From Phoronis australis (Eukaryota; Animalia; Phoronida): DNA of 64,000 nucleotides. How positions within the stretch are numbered: the stretch's first letter is position 1; each line of letters starts with the position of its first letter. A program made the position numbers and the translations under genes. Under the pieces are notes generated by a model. The model ran no database searches and had not been told where the DNA came from. It was given only the letters and a program-made list of their open reading frames with translations. Positions 61,501 through 64,000 of the stretch are shown here, one piece after another. The stretch is taken from NCBI GenBank assembly GCA_002633005.1, contig NMRA01000152.1, forward strand, positions 124,001 through 188,000, read 5' to 3'.

Positions 61501-62952
61501 AGGAGGCCGCTTTCAACTGCTGCAACAATTTAAATTTCATAAGGGACCCGCTCTCGCAAGGGGGCCCCAATGATGACGTCATCTGCTGTTGTTTTCCTGT
61601 GTATATCTTTATTTTAAGGGGTCCTCCGCTTTGAAGAGTCCACAGTGTTGAAACCAGTTGTCTCCTTTTCTATTTTCTTCCAATTATATGTTGTTTCGTA
61701 TTGAGGAGGGGGCCGAGAGTATTGCCTCCTTTGCCCCCCCCTGTAAAACCAGGACTGAAAGTAATAAAAATAGGCTGGTTCACGGACTGAACACTGTATA
61801 GAGCATGCGCGCACCCGGGGGGGGGGGGCGGATTGGGCAAAAACGTCCTCTGAGAGACAAAAAGTCCGAGAAAATGAGGCAAAAGTCTGCTAAACATGCG
61901 TGAACTCGCAATTCACAGTGGTGCACCCGTTTTTTTAGTCCGCCCGCTTTTTTGTTACCAGGAATTNCGAGCCCCCCCCCATATTGAAGGCTGGGTGTGC
62001 GCATGTAGTGGTACTAATCGTTGAACTGAATATAACTCAGTTCACTCAAGGCCGCTGGGGTGAAGAATTATCTTATAATTGTTCCACAAATCGACTCACT
62101 TGTAAGTCTATGTACCATTTTGCACTGATTCATGGCAGCAATTAAGCTTCTCAACTAATCTTTTACGAAAACCTAGTCCTCCGTTTCCCTCGTACTTTCA
62201 TCCGGTATCACAAAGGTGTAGGCAGACTGGGGCAATATATGTATTTCAATACTAAATGGAAATATTTTCTAATTTTTTTGTAAAATTTTGAATACCAAAA
62301 TATGTTATAAGAACAAAATTAGTGTTCGTCTACAAGTAAAGCGCTATAGTCTGCGTATCAAGTCAACTTCAAATTTTTTAACAAATGTTACAAATCATAC
62401 ATCTACATTTACCGAAACACTGTTTCACAGCATTCTTTTCAAATTTTCTATGCTCCCCGCAAAAAGTTGCAATAACCCTCTCAAGATTTTTAACTAAGTG
62501 GAGGAAAGAAGTGCAACGAATAAACGAACTGATCCACGAACAAGAAAACTATGAACAACAGTGATTTTTCTCGAAAGCTTTTTGGACCAATGAACGAAAT
62601 TTCCGCCAGTTCATTGTTGTAATTTATTTCTTTTGTAGAGTTTACGTTTCTCTCAAGTTCACAAGTGATGCCGCGAACAATAAATTAGGTGTACTAAAAG
62701 GAACTTATATTTACGTAACGATATATTCAGTTCGCGCTCAGCATTGCACTGACATTCTTGACTGCTATGAGCTCATTTTACCATCATTTCCTATTTCAGA
62801 CTCACCACTTATATCGATAGACAACGGCGACGTTCTATTGACAGGCAAAACAAACATGGTCCAGCAGTTACGCCAGACGCCGCTTTGGAAACCATTAGTT
62901 CGAGTGAAGCAGACGATAATAGTCGCAAATCGTCTTTTTTATCACAAAATGG
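58540..62952 (+). CDS. Unidentified multi-exon gene, 5' part; disordered basic N-terminus with repeated RRx(T/S) motifs
   Basis: Acceptor tcttttcag| at 58525; good Kozak context ACAATGG at 58540; open coding exon 58540-59816 (1277 nt) ending AG|GTAGGT, so the ORF-track stop is intronic. Phase-matched next exon 62800-62952 (tttcag|A CTC...AAT GG|gtgagt) encodes RLTTYIDRQRRRSID...SRKSSFLSQNG. Continues beyond the window. Confidence 0.75.
60068..60321 (-). mobile_element. MITE family A, short form
   Basis: CAGGGCTTGGAATTTTCC...CATTGGTCATTCCAAGCCCTG; homologous to the copies at 11624 and 16771. TSD not preserved. Confidence 0.85.
61080..61640. repeat. Degenerate tandem repeat (taagggg.cc...aatgatg..atc units)
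   Basis: About eight recurrences of (t)taag(g/a)gg..cc, alternating with ccaatgatg(g/a)aatca.ct.ctg blocks. Confidence 0.55.
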
Positions 62953-63305
62953 GTGAGTTGAGATATTAAACCCACTCCTGTAGTTTAATATATGAAAAAA
63001 CCACGGACTATCTGATGTCTGGAATAATACCTTGATTCAACCTTTGTCACCACTCGAGGGCGCTGCGAAGGAACACGGGTGTCTGTGTGGTCACCAGGTG
63101 GCGAGACCGTCTTGTCCTCGAATCAGCTACATCAATCGACGACATTCTCTATTCCGCGGAAAACAATTGGGCAAAAAAATATCTATGTGAAAGAAAAACA
63201 GAACTAATGAAGCCCAGTTATCAGAAGCAGAAATGAATATTTAGCATTGCTTTGATGCCCGAAATTACTAGATGGGGCATGCTTTTTTCGTCTGAAAATG
63301 GGGAG

Positions 63306-63443
63306 ATAATGTGACCGGATCTGAGTAAGATAATACACGATAGTGTTTACTAACGAAGAAAATGTGTCATGAACGCGCCCTTATCATATACTTCTTAAGC
63401 CAACTCTAGCGTGTATTATCTTACTGAGATCCGGTCAGATTAT
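63306..63443. mobile_element. Short palindromic MITE
   Basis: tgaccggatct(g/c)agtaagataatacacg(a/c)tag(t/a)gtt arms of about 36-42 bp; a partial copy of one arm lies at about 45810-45840. Confidence 0.8.
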
Positions 63444-64000
63444 TTCCGCACGAAACTGACAAAACGTGACATTACCTTAATTGACAATTAAGGATCTAGG
63501 ATATCACAAGGGGGGACTTGAAGGGGGAGGCAACATTTTGTTTCGTAAACACTCGCTCAAAGCACGATTGTAGGGGAGCATAGAGCCGAATGGGGTGGAC
63601 ACCCCTCCCGCCCAGGTGAAAATTTGGTTTTGCCTCGAAAAACAAGCATTTTCCTTGATTTCTGAAGTATTATCAAAGAAACAAAAACACTAAATCCTCC
63701 TAGGATTGTAGTCTAATACCTGAAATCAAAAGTAGTGGCAAGCGACCATTTCTGATTTTGATATCTTCTTCTGTTTCCATTTCTCGTAAATTGTCTCTTT
63801 GCCGAACTTTTTTTGAGCGGAGTCACGAGATGTCGTCAATTTTCCACAACATGTTGTCGGGCAGTGATCTGGGTGAGCCGATGCGTAGACGTGACGGTCT
63901 CGCCATCTGGTGGCTAGTGCCCTTATCACACGCTTTGAGAGCATGCGCTGATCCAGGAACGTGACCAGAGGGTATTTGATTTGGAGCTCTTTTTATTCCT

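Overview
AT-rich, intron-rich eukaryotic (most likely marine invertebrate) genomic DNA; most entries in the ORF track are noise or exon fragments. I assembled three complete multi-exon genes by hand from splice sites and reading-frame phase. WDFY1/2 is on the minus strand (8727-21408, 12 coding exons, about 408 aa) and carries a U12-type intron. MMAA is on the plus strand (22872-28415, 6 coding exons), head-to-head with WDFY. PAN3 is on the minus strand (30261-47207, 16 coding exons, about 709 aa), tail-to-tail with MMAA. A fourth gene that I do not recognise starts at 58540 (+) and runs off the window; its disordered N-terminus has an array of RRxT/S motifs. Mobile DNA includes a Penelope-like remnant at the left edge, an internally deleted Kolobok-type DNA transposon (1313-3180; TTAA target, THAP remnant converging on a P2X7-ballast/KolX-like Cys-rich ORF), six copies of a CAGGGCTTGG MITE family with 6-bp target-site duplications, other MITEs and tRNA-derived SINE heads. 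All homology calls come from motif recognition, not database searches.
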